A DNA stretch of 64,000 bases from Octopus vulgaris (Eukaryota). Position numbers and translations under genes: made by a program. Location: NCBI GenBank assembly GCA_951406725.2, contig OX597829.1, positions 55,366,001-55,430,000 of the forward strand. The letters are read 5' to 3'. Each line of letters starts with the position of its first letter. Within the stretch, counting starts at the first letter, position 1. The notes beneath the pieces were generated by a model. It made no database searches. It had not been told where the DNA came from and saw only the letters and a list, made by a program, of their open reading frames with translations. This document shows, piece by piece, positions 42,646-56,729 of this stretch.

Positions 42646-42799
42646 CGTGTTTCAATAGACAGCGACCGCTGGTTCTGCCTGGTACTAGTTAATGAAGTTT
42701 TATTGGCAGCTTGTAGGTCGGATTGATTGAAACAGCTGTTGAGATAATTGAAGAGAGAAAAGAAATTAGTGATTGTATGATTTTTAGATTTCAGTTATC

Positions 42800-43146
42800 T
42801 TTTAATCTGTTTCAGGCTGCGGCCATACTGGGGCACTGCCTTGAAGAGTTTAGTCAAACAGATCGACCCACGTACTTATTCTATTAGTCTCTTTTGCATA
42901 ACCGCTAAATGACGGGGACGTAAACAAACCAGCTGTTTGGCGGAGGTGGGAACAAACATAACCCCCACCCCACCACAGAGAAGACAGGCTTCTTTCAGTT
43001 TCCGTCTACCAAATCTACTTACAAGCCTTTAATAGGTCCGGGGCTATAATAGAGAGACACTTACACGAGGTGCTGTGCGGCGGGACTGAACCTAGTACTA
43101 CGCGGTTGGAAAGCAAGGCATTTTTAAACCACACAGCCACGTTTGC
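42800..43146 (-). mobile_element. SINE family A, diverged
   Basis: Similarity to the family. Confidence 0.8.
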
Positions 43147-44397
43147 CTCCCTCGTGAAACGTTGTCATACATATCCATGAAAAGAGATAGAAAAGTTGAA
43201 CTGCTTTATAGAGACATAAGCTGATTAAAAATCACAAACATTCTCACCAATATCTCCAAATTTAGAAATTTAGAAATATTTACTATTAATAAATTACACT
43301 TTCAGCGGCATACGTAATTCAAGTGCCATTTCCACAATATTCTGCTCGGTCTTTGATTATTTTCCCCTCATTTGTTGGTCTTTCTTTTCAAATTCACTGG
43401 AGGCTGTATAGAACCTTATCCCTTAACGCTTCCTACGTTTTATAACCCGTCCATTTTTAACAAGTGTTATTTGCCAGGAATCCCAAAACTAATTTCAGAT
43501 TTGATATTCTCTTGCTCTTAGTCATGTGTTAACACATTCAAATGTCAAAGAAACAGGAGACATTATATTCTTAGAAACACGTTGAGTGCACGTAATTAGT
43601 GAGATTCAAAATGTTTCAGAATATTATAGATGTATACTGATTGTGACATTTTTTTATGAATAATAATTCGGACAAAGTGTTTTGCAGCGATGACGTTCAG
43701 ATTGCAAATAATTGATATGTCCTTAATTCGCAATTTCACAGATTAAGTATATGCAGACATGTGCAATTTATCTAATGCCAGTCACCTATAAACAGTGGAA
43801 TTAGAGAAAGTAATTACTTTCTTAGAAGTAAAAAAAGAAAAGAACAAAAATTCCAGCAAACAAAGCAAAAAACAAAGAACCAACAAAAGTCCTATTCTTC
43901 AACTGCGAAAAATGGAATCAATGTTTCGTTGTGGATTTTCCTCTTCTCCCTCCTCTCTTCCTCCTCGTCCTTCCTCTAATCCTCATATTCATCATTCTCT
44001 TCGTTGTGTTCCTTTATTTCATCATCATCATCATCATCGTAATTATCGTCATAATAGTCGTCATCGTCATTATCATCATTATTCCCCCCCCCCTCATCGT
44101 CAACAACAACAACAACAACAGCAACAATTCCAGTTTCCTGTTAATTTTTGGTCTGTGTTGGTTTATTTCTTTCTTTTTGTATAAGATCCATTTCATTCCT
44201 GATATTAACGGGCGTCGCAGTCAAATTAAATTTAATTAAATTAATCAAAAACGGTGGAAAAAAAAGTTGGAGGTAATGGAATTAGCAGCAGCAGCAGCGA
44301 CAACAACAGCAACAACAACAGCAACAACTGAGTGAGTCTGAAGAACAAGCGATGTAAGAAAGGAAAAGAGACAGTGGCCAAACAAGGGAAGCGCTAT

Positions 44398-44490
44398 GCG
44401 GCCGGTCGCTTGGCGAGCTAGAAATAACAGCCAAATTTTACTCAAATCACGCTCTATCGCCTTAGATTCGACTCGCCAAAAAGGCGTGAT
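44398..44490 (+). repeat. Old dispersed repeat; related copies at about 3700-3790 (+) and 48850-48995 (-)
   Basis: Shared GGTCGCT...CTAGAAATA.CAGCCAAAT..TCAAATC motif. Confidence 0.45.
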
Positions 44491-44709
44491 TAGACTCTGG
44501 TGTTTCGGTTTCAACATTTTAATTATAGGGTCTGTTCAATTAGTAATTAGCCTGCTGCTAAACAACACTGGCAAGCTAAAAGTAGATCAATCACGTGCGT
44601 AATTAATAGATGTCAAAAAAAGTTTAGTTACGACTCTTAACCATCAATAATGTAGCTATTTTTGTGTCTCTGCTTCATCCATCTGACTTTCATTCTCTCT
44701 TTCCCTTTT

Positions 44710-44766
<57 letters not shown>

Positions 44767-44789
44767 GAAATTCCAAGCCTTGTGCTTCT

Positions 44790-45599
44790 AGCTCAATGCT
44801 AAATGAAATGCTGTCAGGAGACATTGGCCCAGGAAGGATTCCCTGAATCAAAATCAGTGCGCGAACCTCGGAACTCACGTGAGTAATTGACGTGTATCCT
44901 TCCAAGTGCATATTACTAATTCGGTAATAGAATGCAGACGGCTGGCCGGACGGATCCCTAAAACTTTCAGAACGAAAGAACAGAAAACCATGATGGTCTT
45001 CAGGAGGACATTTGTCCTTAGACGCTTCCAACTATGGTCACCTCATTGTGTAAAATTAACGGCGCAAATCGTAGCACTCCAGCGAAGCTACACAAAGAAG
45101 ATCGTCTCAATGCAACATGCCAGCTACTAAGAGAGATATGAAAAAGTAATGACTCTACACCCTAGAACGAAGGCGCGAAAAGTATGCAGTGATACAGATC
45201 TGGAAAATTCTAAGAGGACTTGTACCAAATTTTCACTTTGAAAATTACACAAACAGCAGAACGGGGCGCCGCTGTATAGTGCCAAAGATTCCAACATCGT
45301 CATCAAGATACAGGACCAGATACTGCAACAACTAGGGCTTCAAGGGCCCACAGATCTTCAATATCCTCCCCCCAAAGCCCGAGAGACCGGCATGGTATGG
45401 GTGTAGGTGTCTTTAAAACAAAACAAGATCTCCTCCTTGAAGATGAGCCTAACTCACGGGAAGAAACACAGATGAGGGCAGCAACAGTAAAGTCCCTCAT
45501 TCACCAAATGCTACATATGAAAGGTAGTTTCAAATAGTGAAGCTGAAGCAAAGCAAAGGGAGGTGCCCCAGCATGGCCGCAGTTTTCGATCTGAAACTA

Positions 45600-45602
<3 letters not shown>
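44790..45602 (+). mobile_element. 3' part of a CR1-group LINE
   Basis: TFRTKEQKTMM...QLWSPHCVK..IVALQRSYTKKI...LYTLERRREKYAVIQIWKILRGLVPN, frameshifted; ends at (TA)n. Confidence 0.8.
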
Positions 45603-45689
<87 letters not shown>

Positions 45690-45714
45690 CATACATTTAT
45701 ATGCATACATATTT

Positions 45715-46022
45715 ATTCTTTTACATGTTTCAGTCATTTGACTGCGGCCATACGGAGCACCGCTTTTAGTCGAACAAATCGACCCCAAGACATATTCTTT
45801 GAAAGCCTAGTTTTTATTCTATCGGTCTTTTTTTGCCGAACCGGTAAGTTACGGGGAAGGTAAACACACCAACATCGGTTGTCAAGTGATATATATGTAT
45901 ATATATATACGACGGGCTTCTTTCAGTTCTCGTTTACCAAATCCACTCACAAGGTTATAGTAGAACACACTTGCCAATGTGCCCCGCAGTTGGACTGAAC
46001 CCGGTACCATGTGGTTGAGAAG
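45715..46022 (-). mobile_element. SINE family A, partly deleted
   Basis: Similarity to the family. Confidence 0.85.
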
Positions 46023-46287
46023 TATATATTTTCACAATATATCTAGTGTAAGTCCATTGGTGTGATAGAATATAGCCAAGCAACAGTCTCTACGTTATCC
46101 AATATTTATTGAGATAAACTTCTTGGCTCTTTGGAGGACAGTTACGTGGCTTTAGTTAGGTTTGTCGCTAATCTCACAGTCACAGAAGAAAGCTTTTCAG
46201 TTCTTACGTTTTAGTGTTCAGCGTATGTGTGTGTGTGTCGGTTGCAATAGGTATTTGAGAACATATTTAATAATTTAATAAGGCAAC

Positions 46288-46383
<96 letters not shown>

Positions 46384-46449
46384 GTCTGCCTGCCTGCCTG
46401 TCTGTCTGTCTGTCTGTCTATCTATCACAAATGTATTTTAATAAAAAGT

Positions 46450-47480
46450 TTTGCACGTATTCTCAATAAGGTTTCTTCTAAAATTATTCTATGAATCCCC
46501 ATTCAGCTTTGATGACTGCTTCAATGCAGGACTAGAATCGTCGACATGTCAGCACCAAATAATCCTTATCTATTTCGGAAATCCCATGGGCAATGGCAGC
46601 CTTCAGTGAAGCTATGGCACTGTGAGGATGCTGATTAGTCTCCCTTTAAACAACACTCCAAACGTAGCTGTCCATGGAATGTTAACTGGCGTGTTTGGTT
46701 GTCATGAGCATGATGTCACATGATCATAAAGATTGTCTAACATCCATTCCTGTACGTGAACTGTGTGAGAAGATACTGGATCTTGTTGAAAAGTGTATGG
46801 CTTTCTACTGTGTGCTTCATCCATTCAAATCTTAACTGTTTCCAGCATTTAACCTTTCCAGTGGCATTAATTCTAAGATTCAGTGGAAAGATGAGAATTG
46901 GCATGACCTTCATCACTCACCATTCCTAAAGCCATAACAATTATTGCAAACCTAGTGTGCATCACTCTGAGGACATCAGAAGCATCTGTACATAGCCGTC
47001 TCTCATTTCTCTTGTTAGATTTCGGGTCTTGGTTGAAGTGTTTTTCCCATCAGAGAACCAAAGCAGGCCATGTTTGTGAGGGGTTTAAAACCTTGGCAGG
47101 GATCAAATGGGTTTCTGTGTCTTTGCAGAATTGGTCCCTCCTCAATACAAACGACTTGTATTGAATGTCTGCATGCACCATAATTCTGAGAGCAGAAGTT
47201 CTATGGTGATGGCCCTTATTGATTTTCTGGGATCCATATCAATATGGTTGGATGAGTTGCTGTTTCCTGATAGTTCTTTGAGAATGAAGTGTATCAAAGA
47301 GTGGGAGGTAAAACCCCTAAACATTCTCACGAGAGGCTTCCAATTCTATCTGAGCTTTGTATACCAAAGATCTTGCAACATATAAAATGTTGTCAGTTTT
47401 CTAAATTGTTGTTTCCCAAATACACACACATGGCAATAATGACTTTCGTTTCTTGTGTTAGTATTTTATCTGCCATAAGG
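46450..47480 (-). mobile_element. Decayed Tc1/mariner-superfamily transposase (DD37D/maT-like)
   Basis: Minus-strand WFSDGKN, YTFQQD and a degenerate PNxP.N.MDSYVW motif. Confidence 0.65.
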
Positions 47481-47778
47481 GGGAGCTGAAAGAAATGAAA
47501 ATTAAGTGTGCTCAAATAGCAATCGCACTCTTTATATAGAGGTATTTAAGTGTTTCGACTTGACAATGTTTAACTGCACAAGTGAAATAATTAAAGCATA
47601 ACGATAATTATATGCAATGAATTATGCATACACCTAACAATTTCCTTTGTGTTCAAAATGCAACACCGAATACTTTTTATAATAACTGCTCATATTTAGA
47701 TATTGGTTGACATTTTCTTCTGATAAGAGGGTGGCATAAACGGAGTATGAAACTTGAGGTTACCACTTATTATCGACC

Positions 47779-47882
<104 letters not shown>

Positions 47883-47914
47883 TAATGTATCGAGTATTCT
47901 AATATTATGTAACG

Positions 47915-48262
47915 TAGGAATGGCTGTGTGGTAAGAAGCTTGCTTCCCAACCACATGGTTCCGGGTTCAATCCCACTGCGTTGCATCATGGGCAAGTGTC
48001 TTCTGTAGCCTCACGCCAACCAAAGCCTTGTAAGTGTATTTGGTAGACGGAAAGAATCTCGTTGTATATATGTATGTATGTGTGCATTTGTTTGCCCCCC
48101 CCCCCCCCATCCACCATCGCATAGCAACCGTTGCTAGTGTGTTTACGTCTCCGTAACATAGCGGTTTGGCAAAGAGACCGATATAATAAGTACTAGGTTT
48201 ACAAAGAATAAGTCCTGGGGCCGATATGTGGCCGCAGTCATATGACAAACAAGTATGAAAGA
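47915..48262 (+). mobile_element. SINE family A
   Basis: Similarity to the family. Confidence 0.85.
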
Positions 48263-48536
48263 TATATATATATATATATATATAAATGTACATTATACAC
48301 ACACGTATATATATATATATACATATATATGTATACATATATACGGTGTATATATATACGCACCATACACACTACACACATACATATAGTATATATATAT
48401 ATATATATACATTAGATTTATAGATAGGTAGATAGATATACGCACGCACACACAGAGTACGCGTGTGCGTGTTTGTGTATTTGTGCATGTATATGTGTAC
48501 GTGAATGTGTGCGTTTGAGTGTGTGTGTGTGTATGT

Positions 48537-48651
<115 letters not shown>

Positions 48652-51376
48652 GAAGAGAGTAATGGAGGGTGGTGGAACAAATATACGAACTTATTTGATA
48701 TTCTGAAGCAGTTGCAAGATAATCGGAGTGAACTGCGATAATTCTTTAAAATGTTATGTTATGATCCATTTCCAGGAATTGTTAATAAAATCTTCTGAGA
48801 CATTTAACAACGATGTAGATATATAACGTTTCGTTGTTGCTATACTTTTCTCTCAGATTAGCTTTGATCAGTTGCACCCAGCCATAACCATCTCGTCTTT
48901 TGTATACTAACGGTTAGATTGTATGCTTCTTTAAGTCAGATTTGATGAATATTTATTTGGCTGATGATTTTAGCAAATCGAGCGACCGCTTAGAAACTCA
49001 AATCTCTAGCTGACTCAGCCATAGGTGTGTTGAATGTGAGGGGACAAGACGCTGAAAGCGCATTGGTGGAGATAAGATCATCCAAGAACAAAATATGTGT
49101 TCCGTTTTCGTTTGAAGTCACTTGGGATGTATGTTGGTGAAATAAGATCTTAGAATCTTAGAAGTAGTCTGGTGTGAGAGAAAAAGCACTCGCGGGGAAG
49201 TTGATTTAAATTAAGTGAAATGTGTCATAGGCGGCACTAGTCAAGATATACTATATCTTTATCTGTTGAAGTTCGTTACACGGAAAAGGATTTAGAAAAG
49301 CTGTTGTTTTTCCAGTGATTTAAGGATTGGCAAGAGACATACGAAACACAAGCACACACATACACACCCACCAACTAACCCATACACTCCCATACGCATA
49401 CACACATAGACACAACTAAATTCAACACATATAACGACGATTAAATCACATTCCATTTCAGAAGAGAAATGGACGAGAGGAAGGATAAACCGAGATCAAA
49501 GATAATTATATTTGTTCCTCTTCCTTCTTTGGGGCCAACTCTCGTAGCTGCTGTGTAAAATCATTTCCAGATGTGGTCCCGATATATATATATATCTTTC
49601 AATTTTTTTTTTATCATTATGTATTTTGTTTTTTCATTCCTTACCTTCTGTTTAGTTTCTAATATTCAGCAGCCAAGGGGCCACCAGGGAGCTATTTTAA
49701 AAAGGGCCACCAGGGAGCTATTTTAAAACTGGTCTATAAACAAAGATCTAATGTTACTTCAATAGGTGGACAGTTTTTAGTGCTGAGATTCGTTATTTGT
49801 TGGCACCAATTTATTTAAGGTTTAAATTAGTTCGCTGTTGTTGCGTAGCCCCTGGTCAGCCCCAACCAAACACACGTAGGACATGTAAATAATCGGTAGG
49901 AAGAGTATAATCCGCAGATCCATATCTCCGGATATTTCATATTTCCATCTAAATTCTAAAGTGCAAGAGTTAATGAGTTGCAGAGTCTGCAATCCACGAT
50001 AAACACCGCTGGGAGTGTTCCCAGCCCTTTACAATATACAATAGACGCCTGTCATGAAAGAGCAAGCAAGTCTGGCATGTACATATAAGTCTCGGGCGAT
50101 TTGTCCCTCATCCACTTACCATCGACCGTATCTCAACCTCTCTCATTGGATTTTTCGCAACAATTCGCTTGTTCTGCCGACACACGTGGTCCATCGTTTC
50201 AAGTCCATCACTGCCCCCTAAACAGTTGTATAAAGTGCAGCTGGAAAACCTAAAACATCCGTCTGAAACCGAATAGATGAATAACATACGTATATCGTTG
50301 TCCACCATAAACCCGATTCGGGCTTTCATACTGCATCACTGCTACCTGCGCCCTCATCTCCAAGAACATGTGCACCAGCTCTGACAACGCAAATTCCTTT
50401 TGTGTCGAATAAATGGTCGTATGATTTTTCTTCGTTGCTATCCCCTATATTCTATCCCCTCTATTAAACTTCTATTCCCACCACTTCAAGACGAAGAAGT
50501 GGAAGAAGAGGGGAAGGAAGAAGTAAACGAGAAAAGAAATAAGCGAAGGAAGTAAAAATGACAAGAAGCAGGTTGAAGAGAAGGAAGATGAGAAAATGAG
50601 AGGAAATGAGAGGACAGGAAGAGAGGAAAAGGAAAAGAAGTTTGGTGGAAACATGCAAGAGGAAGAAGGAAGAAAGAAACGGATAAAAGTATTTCTATTC
50701 TCTCTTTTTTGTTTAAAATGGTGATTCATTCTGAAGATGAAGTAGTTTATTCATTAAACACATACACAAAATAGTCTGTTTAGAACAGAAGGCTTTTTTT
50801 TATTGACTTCTTGTGGTTTAAACATATCAAATATTTTTTTCGCAACTTCATTTAATGCAAGATTTTTTACATTATAAAGATAAGCTGGTATTTAAAAAGT
50901 TTTACATACAAAAGTATATTATATGTTTAAACATATATGGTCTTGTGAAATTAAATTCATGGGTACATCACAATTTCTCAATAGTACTGAGGCAGCACAG
51001 AAATTTGTTTGTAGTTTCCTTTATTCCGAAGTAGGACAGTGTTTCACAAACATGTACATTAGTATAATGACTTGTGAAAAGAAAAAAAGAAAAGTTTAAG
51101 CTGTCTTTGTGCAACAAATATCAGATCAAGGCGAAAATATTGGTGAAGTTTTACCCCCCTCTTCTTTATTAATGAGAAGACGAGACAAAATTAATTGTAC
51201 CCATCCATATATAATTCTACTTTCTTTACCTTGGGGATGGACGAGTTTAAAATTTTAAGCCCATATTAATTTTGTCAATCATATAAATAACAGTCAAATA
51301 AAGAAATAGGCTTAATTGAGCGTGCCCTTAATTGAGTGTGCGAAAGATTTGAAGAACGGGTACAAAGTAGAAATCG

Positions 51377-51412
<36 letters not shown>

Positions 51413-51416
<4 letters not shown>

Positions 51417-51550
51417 AATTCCGCCAATGTCAACTTTGCCTTTCATCCTTTCGGGGCCGATTAAATATATACCTGTTGGACACTGGGGTCGATATAATCG
51501 ACTAGCCTCCACTGCCCGCCAAATTTCAGGCCTTGTGCCTATAGTAGAAT
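51413..51550 (+). mobile_element. SINE family B, 5'-truncated
   Basis: GCCTTTCATCCTTTCGGGGCCGATTAAA core; flanked by (ATT)n. Confidence 0.85.
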
Positions 51551-51603
51551 GAATTATTATTATTATCTATATTATTATTATTTATATTATTATTATTATT
51601 ATA

Positions 51604-51668
<65 letters not shown>

Positions 51669-51670
51669 CA

Positions 51671-52035
51671 TTGTCATTTACTTTTAATCTGCGTGTTTGA
51701 TGCAATCACCTGCCGAGGCACACCCAGCGCCCTAGGGCAAGTGAAGGTTAAGAGTTGTTGAAATATAGCTGAAAGCTTGGGGAGGGGAAGTAGAGATATA
51801 TCTCCATGTAATGCAAACACAAACATTTACATTGATAGGGTTTTTCTAAGGATGTGGGCAGTACTTGTTAGCACAATCTTTTGGATTTCCTTGAGACATG
51901 GTTTTCCAGGGATATTGTCTAGGTGTTTCTGACATCCCTTTTTTATCATACCTAGGGCACCTACAATAACAGGAACAGTTTTTGTTTTAAGATTCCACAT
52001 CCTCTGTATTTCGATTTCCAGGTCCTTATATTTAC
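51671..52035 (-). mobile_element. 5'-truncated R4/Dong-like element, second family
   Basis: KYKDLEIEIQRMWNLKTKTVPVIVGALGMIKK...IQKIVLTSTAHILRKTL* followed by a 3' UTR; (TAA)n on both sides. Confidence 0.85.
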
Positions 52036-53028
52036 TATTATTATTATTAATTTTATTATTATTATTGGTGTCCGTAAATAGTAAAAGCGGCAATGACTGA
52101 TTAAAAGTGCTTAGGATTGCCTGTACATGGAAACGTAAATAGTAAAGTGCGTGTTAACATCCAAGGTACTGTAAAATAGATTCTAATCAGCGATACAGTA
52201 GCAACTGAGGACAGTAAGGTTGGAGAATGATTAGCGAAATATTGGGGGTTTTTTAATGAATGGAAACCCGAGTGACAGGGTAACTGAGAATGACTGTCGA
52301 AAAATACAATGAAAGTGGGTGATGATAGCATGCTGGATGTAGGATTTTTAATTAATAAAAATCACACACTATGGTTAAGAACTCTCATATCTTAATGATC
52401 AATTTTGTGTGTGTGTGTGTGTGTGTGAGTGGTGGAAGACAGAAGAGATATATTTCGAACATAATTTGGCCGAAGTAATTCATTTCACTGATATGGAACT
52501 GGCAAACTGAACAATTTTAAATCACGTGTTGGAAAATAAATACAGCTGTGATTACAATTGTCCAGGCAATTAGGGAGGGAGGTCAAATATTCTTCGTATG
52601 TTAGTCGACTCTTTCAAAACATTCTTTCTCTTTAGTAAATTGTAGCTGTTTCTACCCCCGTTTTCTCTCTCCCCAACTTTCACGAAGTCACAATCTGTTC
52701 CGTATCAGAGTCGGCCACCTGGTCAGTCAAGACCACCAACCTTTCTTGCTCCTCACATTTCATGTTTAGCAGTATACACTGGCTGTCTATTCTTTAACGG
52801 TTCACTTGGCTTGTTTCCTTTCATCACTGACTAAACTTCCTTCTAACCACGTCACACCAGCCATGTATCATTGACTTTGTGTACACTTATGAAATTGCTG
52901 TAACCGCAACTCACATAGCCACAAGGGGGAATGAAAAGTTGTCGCCCTGACTCTCTGAGCTTTAAACACTACTCTATGCTACTCGCGAGACTTTCGTTAA
53001 TAACAATTCCTGTTGCGGTAAGTATTAC

Positions 53029-53340
53029 GGCGCATGGCTCAGTGGTTAGAGCGTCGGGCTCATAGTCATGAGGTAGTGAGTTCGATTCCTGGACCGCGTT
53101 GTGTTCTTAAGCAAGACACTTTATTTCACATTGCTCCAATTCACTCAGCTGTAGAAATGGGTTGCGACGTCTCTGGTACCAAGCTGTATCGACCCCTTTG
53201 CGTGGAGAGGGGAGGCTGTTATGCAAGGGTGATTGATGATTTTCCATAACCAACCTTACCCGGACTTGTGCCTTGGAGGGGAACTTTCTAAGTGCAGCCC
53301 CATGGTCATTCTTGACCGAAGGTGCTTTATTACCTTTTAT
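53029..53340 (+). mobile_element. tRNA-derived SINE, V-like core, related to family C with a different tail
   Basis: TGGCTCAGTGGTTAGAGCG, GAGTTCGATTCC, GTTGTGTTCTTAAGCAAGACACTTTATTTCAC. Confidence 0.8.
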
Positions 53341-54952
53341 TTCACTTCACTTTGTCAATAATTCTCATACCAATCAACCGGATGGCCTTTCTTTGAAAGG
53401 GGCCAAAGGGGCCTGTATTAGTACTAGCCAAGATGTGAGATCAGTACACAATTGTGGGCCTCACTTGTGCTTTGTAGGTAGTTAGCTGTTGTTGGTAGCT
53501 GATGCATCTGGACATGAAGAGGAAGCAGACTCGTTGCTATATTACGTCGTGTTCGCCAGAAGGGATCTGCATTGATTGTGAAACCCAGCATTTCTAACGA
53601 TCTTGAGGATAATTATTGCGTGTTGTTCATGTTAAGAGGGGACAAATTGTTTTATCGCCGTGAATGGATGTCTTTGAGCTCTGGAAGAAGAGAAGAATGG
53701 AGGTGTTTACTAACTTTCTGCTCATGGAATCAATGTAAATTTGGTATGAAATGACAAAATTGAATGTGGATGGTTTATGGACACGGAATATTAGGAAAGG
53801 AGTAACTGGAATCACCATAATCCTCTCACCATCATCGTCATCCTCATAGGAATGGACATGGTTGGAGGGGATTGCAAGTCGTTGTATAGCAGGAAGAACG
53901 TGAGAAAGAAACCGAATTTTGGGACATCCCGTAACCGACAATGTGTAGCACAGGATGAGCATCATCAGCCTATATTTTGATGGTGTAATCTAACAGAAAG
54001 CCTTCGCTGTTAGAGATTAGAAATGGATAGAACTCTTAGACAGGCAACTGAAAGCATATAAGCATTGCACACCTACGTATACCCCAACCCATGCAACACA
54101 CTTAACTGAGTGCATGTGTGCCTATGCACATTCAAATTGAAGCATAGGCATATATGTATATGTGTGCGAATAATATATGCAAGCACTGCATATTCTTATA
54201 AATACATACAAATTCATAAAGAAACTAGAATAGGAGATGTACTAAGTTCTGGTTTATGTGTCCTGCTATGCTTGCAACTAGATTCAGGTTAGTGGTATGA
54301 CAGACAGCTGTAGTCGTTGCTCGCCAACTCGTTGTTCTGAGCTATAAATTGTAACATCGGATTTCATTTTTTAAAATTCGTTTAGTCTGAGGAAAGAAGC
54401 CCGTCTTGAACAAGTGCAAGCTGTCGGTTGTAGGAATGAGATTGCACAAAGGAGAGAAGAGAATCCAGAGGACCGATGTGCAGGATTTAGATAATAGTGG
54501 ACATAATACTGTTGACAAGAGGAAGAAACACGGATAAGACGGGTGTGTCTGAGTAGAAATGGCAGAAAATACAGTTAGATTGGAAGAGCAGAAGCCACTG
54601 TTGTAGCAGAAAGAAAGAGAGAGAGAATGAGAAAGAAAGAGAGGTGGGAGACGAAATAGCTCTTGTGTGGTTTAGGGAATAAAGTATTTTGGTTTTTGTT
54701 AAGTTTAGGGATTCTCAGTGATGACGTGGCACAACATTTGTTGCGAAAAGTAGAAAAGTTCCACCGTTGCAGTGAACATATTAAATCGCAGTCAAAGTTT
54801 TAACTATTTTCTTTGTCTGCTTCCAAGTAAAGGAAAATTCAGTAGCACTCGAAACGCCTGAGTAACTCCGTTACGGAAAGACGATAGTGTCTTCAAAATA
54901 AGAAAAAAAATTGAGGAAAGTAACATAAACAAAATTAAAAAAAAGAAATAAG

Positions 54953-55372
54953 GGATCTTTTCGGTTTGAACGGCAGTTTTTTCTAGCGGTGTCATATGAA
55001 ATTGTCACCCATAATTATGACCCTAGTATCGATCTATTGCATTTCAATCTGTTTTAGGGTTAGGGTTAGGGGTGGGGGAGAAGGGTATCTTTTTTTCTTC
55101 ACAAATGTAAATAAACCCAATCTGTTTCTTAAACGAGGGACATATTCATACAGCACAGAATGTTTTTTAACTCAATGGACGTCATCGATTGGTTGAAATT
55201 GCAGAAATTGAAAAAAAACAAAACAGCAAATATCTTACAAACTATAGAATTTTCTCAATAAAGCCAAGAGAAAAAGATGTTTTATAAACACATTCTAGCA
55301 GTATACGAAGTTTAAAAGTGTTTAGTTACGTGGAAATTATTTTAAAAACTGCCGTTCAAACCGAAAAGATCC
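54953..55372. mobile_element. Second copy of the same MITE, opposite orientation
   Basis: Same TIRs; TSD GAAATAAG at 54945 and 55373; (TTAGGG)x3 inside. Confidence 0.9.
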
Positions 55373-56074
55373 GAAATAAGTAAATAAATAAAGATTTAGT
55401 GAAGTGGTAGGGGCATGTAGTGCGAATAACTACATGGAAATTTTTCGTAGCAACTGTTCAAGAAAGAAACTGGAATTGTTTTGGAAATTGAAAGATTGAG
55501 AAAATACTGCAAACTAAACTTTGCTACACCAACATTTCTGGTTCAAAGAAGAAAACTATTGAAACCACTTTTTTTTTTTTTTTAGAAAAGGAGGTTTTTA
55601 TTATGGGTTCTGGAGGGCAACCCTAAGCTTTATATTTACGTAAACCGAAATATGTTGCAAAATAGTATTTACGTGTAAGGATAAATGGAAGGATTATTTA
55701 GGAGCTGTAGATAACTTGTGGAAAGCATCTTTGAATAATGGTAACGAATAAAAACAAAAAAAGTAATCCAGCTGAAATAGCAATGAAGTTGAATTTAAAT
55801 ATTTACGTAGAAGAAGAATAATGGAAGATGTGAGTTTTAGGATTAATGGAAGTGAAAAATCAAATCGTGTCAGTTACAGCAGTAAACTTTAACAGTTTGG
55901 GAAGAAATAAATGATTGCAAAAGCAAACGTTTTTTTTTTTTGGTTTGTTTGTTTGAAATTATAGTAAATTCAATTGTATTTTATGCGTGAGAATTGTGGA
56001 CGCTGGATGTTGAAAATGAGAAAAAGATCATAGTCTTTGAAATATAGTGCTACAGAATGAAGAGTTTTGTATTT

Positions 56075-56478
56075 CAGGAATGCCTGTGAGGTAAGAATCT
56101 TGCTTCCCAACCGCATGGTTCCGTGTTCAGTCCCACCGCGTGGCACCTTGGGCAAGTGTCTTCTACTATAGCCTCAGGCCGATCAAAGCCTTGTGAATAG
56201 ATTTGGTTGGCGGAAACTGAAAGAAGCCCATCATATATATATATATATATATATTTCTCATTTCTCATTTCTCATTTCTCATTTACTTGTTTCAGTCATT
56301 TGACTGTGGCCATGCTGGAGCACCGCCTTTAGTCGATCAAATCGACCCCGGAACTTATTCTTTGTAAGCCCAGTACTTATTCTATCGGTCTCTTTTGCCG
56401 AACCGCTAAGTGGCGGGGACGTAGACACACCAGCATCGGTTGTCAAGCAATGCTAGGGGGACAAACACAGACACACAA

Positions 56479-56511
<33 letters not shown>

Positions 56512-56674
56512 CGACAGGCTTCTTTCAGTTTCCGTCTACCAAATCCACTCACAAGGCATTGGTCGGCCCGGGGCTATAGCAGAAGACACTTGCCCAAGAT
56601 GCCACGCAGTGGGACTGAACCCGCAACCATGTGGTTGGTTAGCAAGCTAATTACCACACAGCCACTCCTGCGCC

Positions 56675-56729
<55 letters not shown>

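Noticed and set aside
43795-44239. ORFs rich in His/Gln or hydrophobic residues
   Set aside because: Derived from CAT, CAA and CCT trinucleotide runs; no domain or splice support.
50040-50440. GC-richer stretch with a short ORF
   Set aside because: No recognisable motif in the frames I read; unassignable without a search.
53029-53100. tRNA-Met-like sequence with CAT in the loop
   Set aside because: No acceptor-stem pairing or terminator; it continues into a SINE core, so it is a SINE head.
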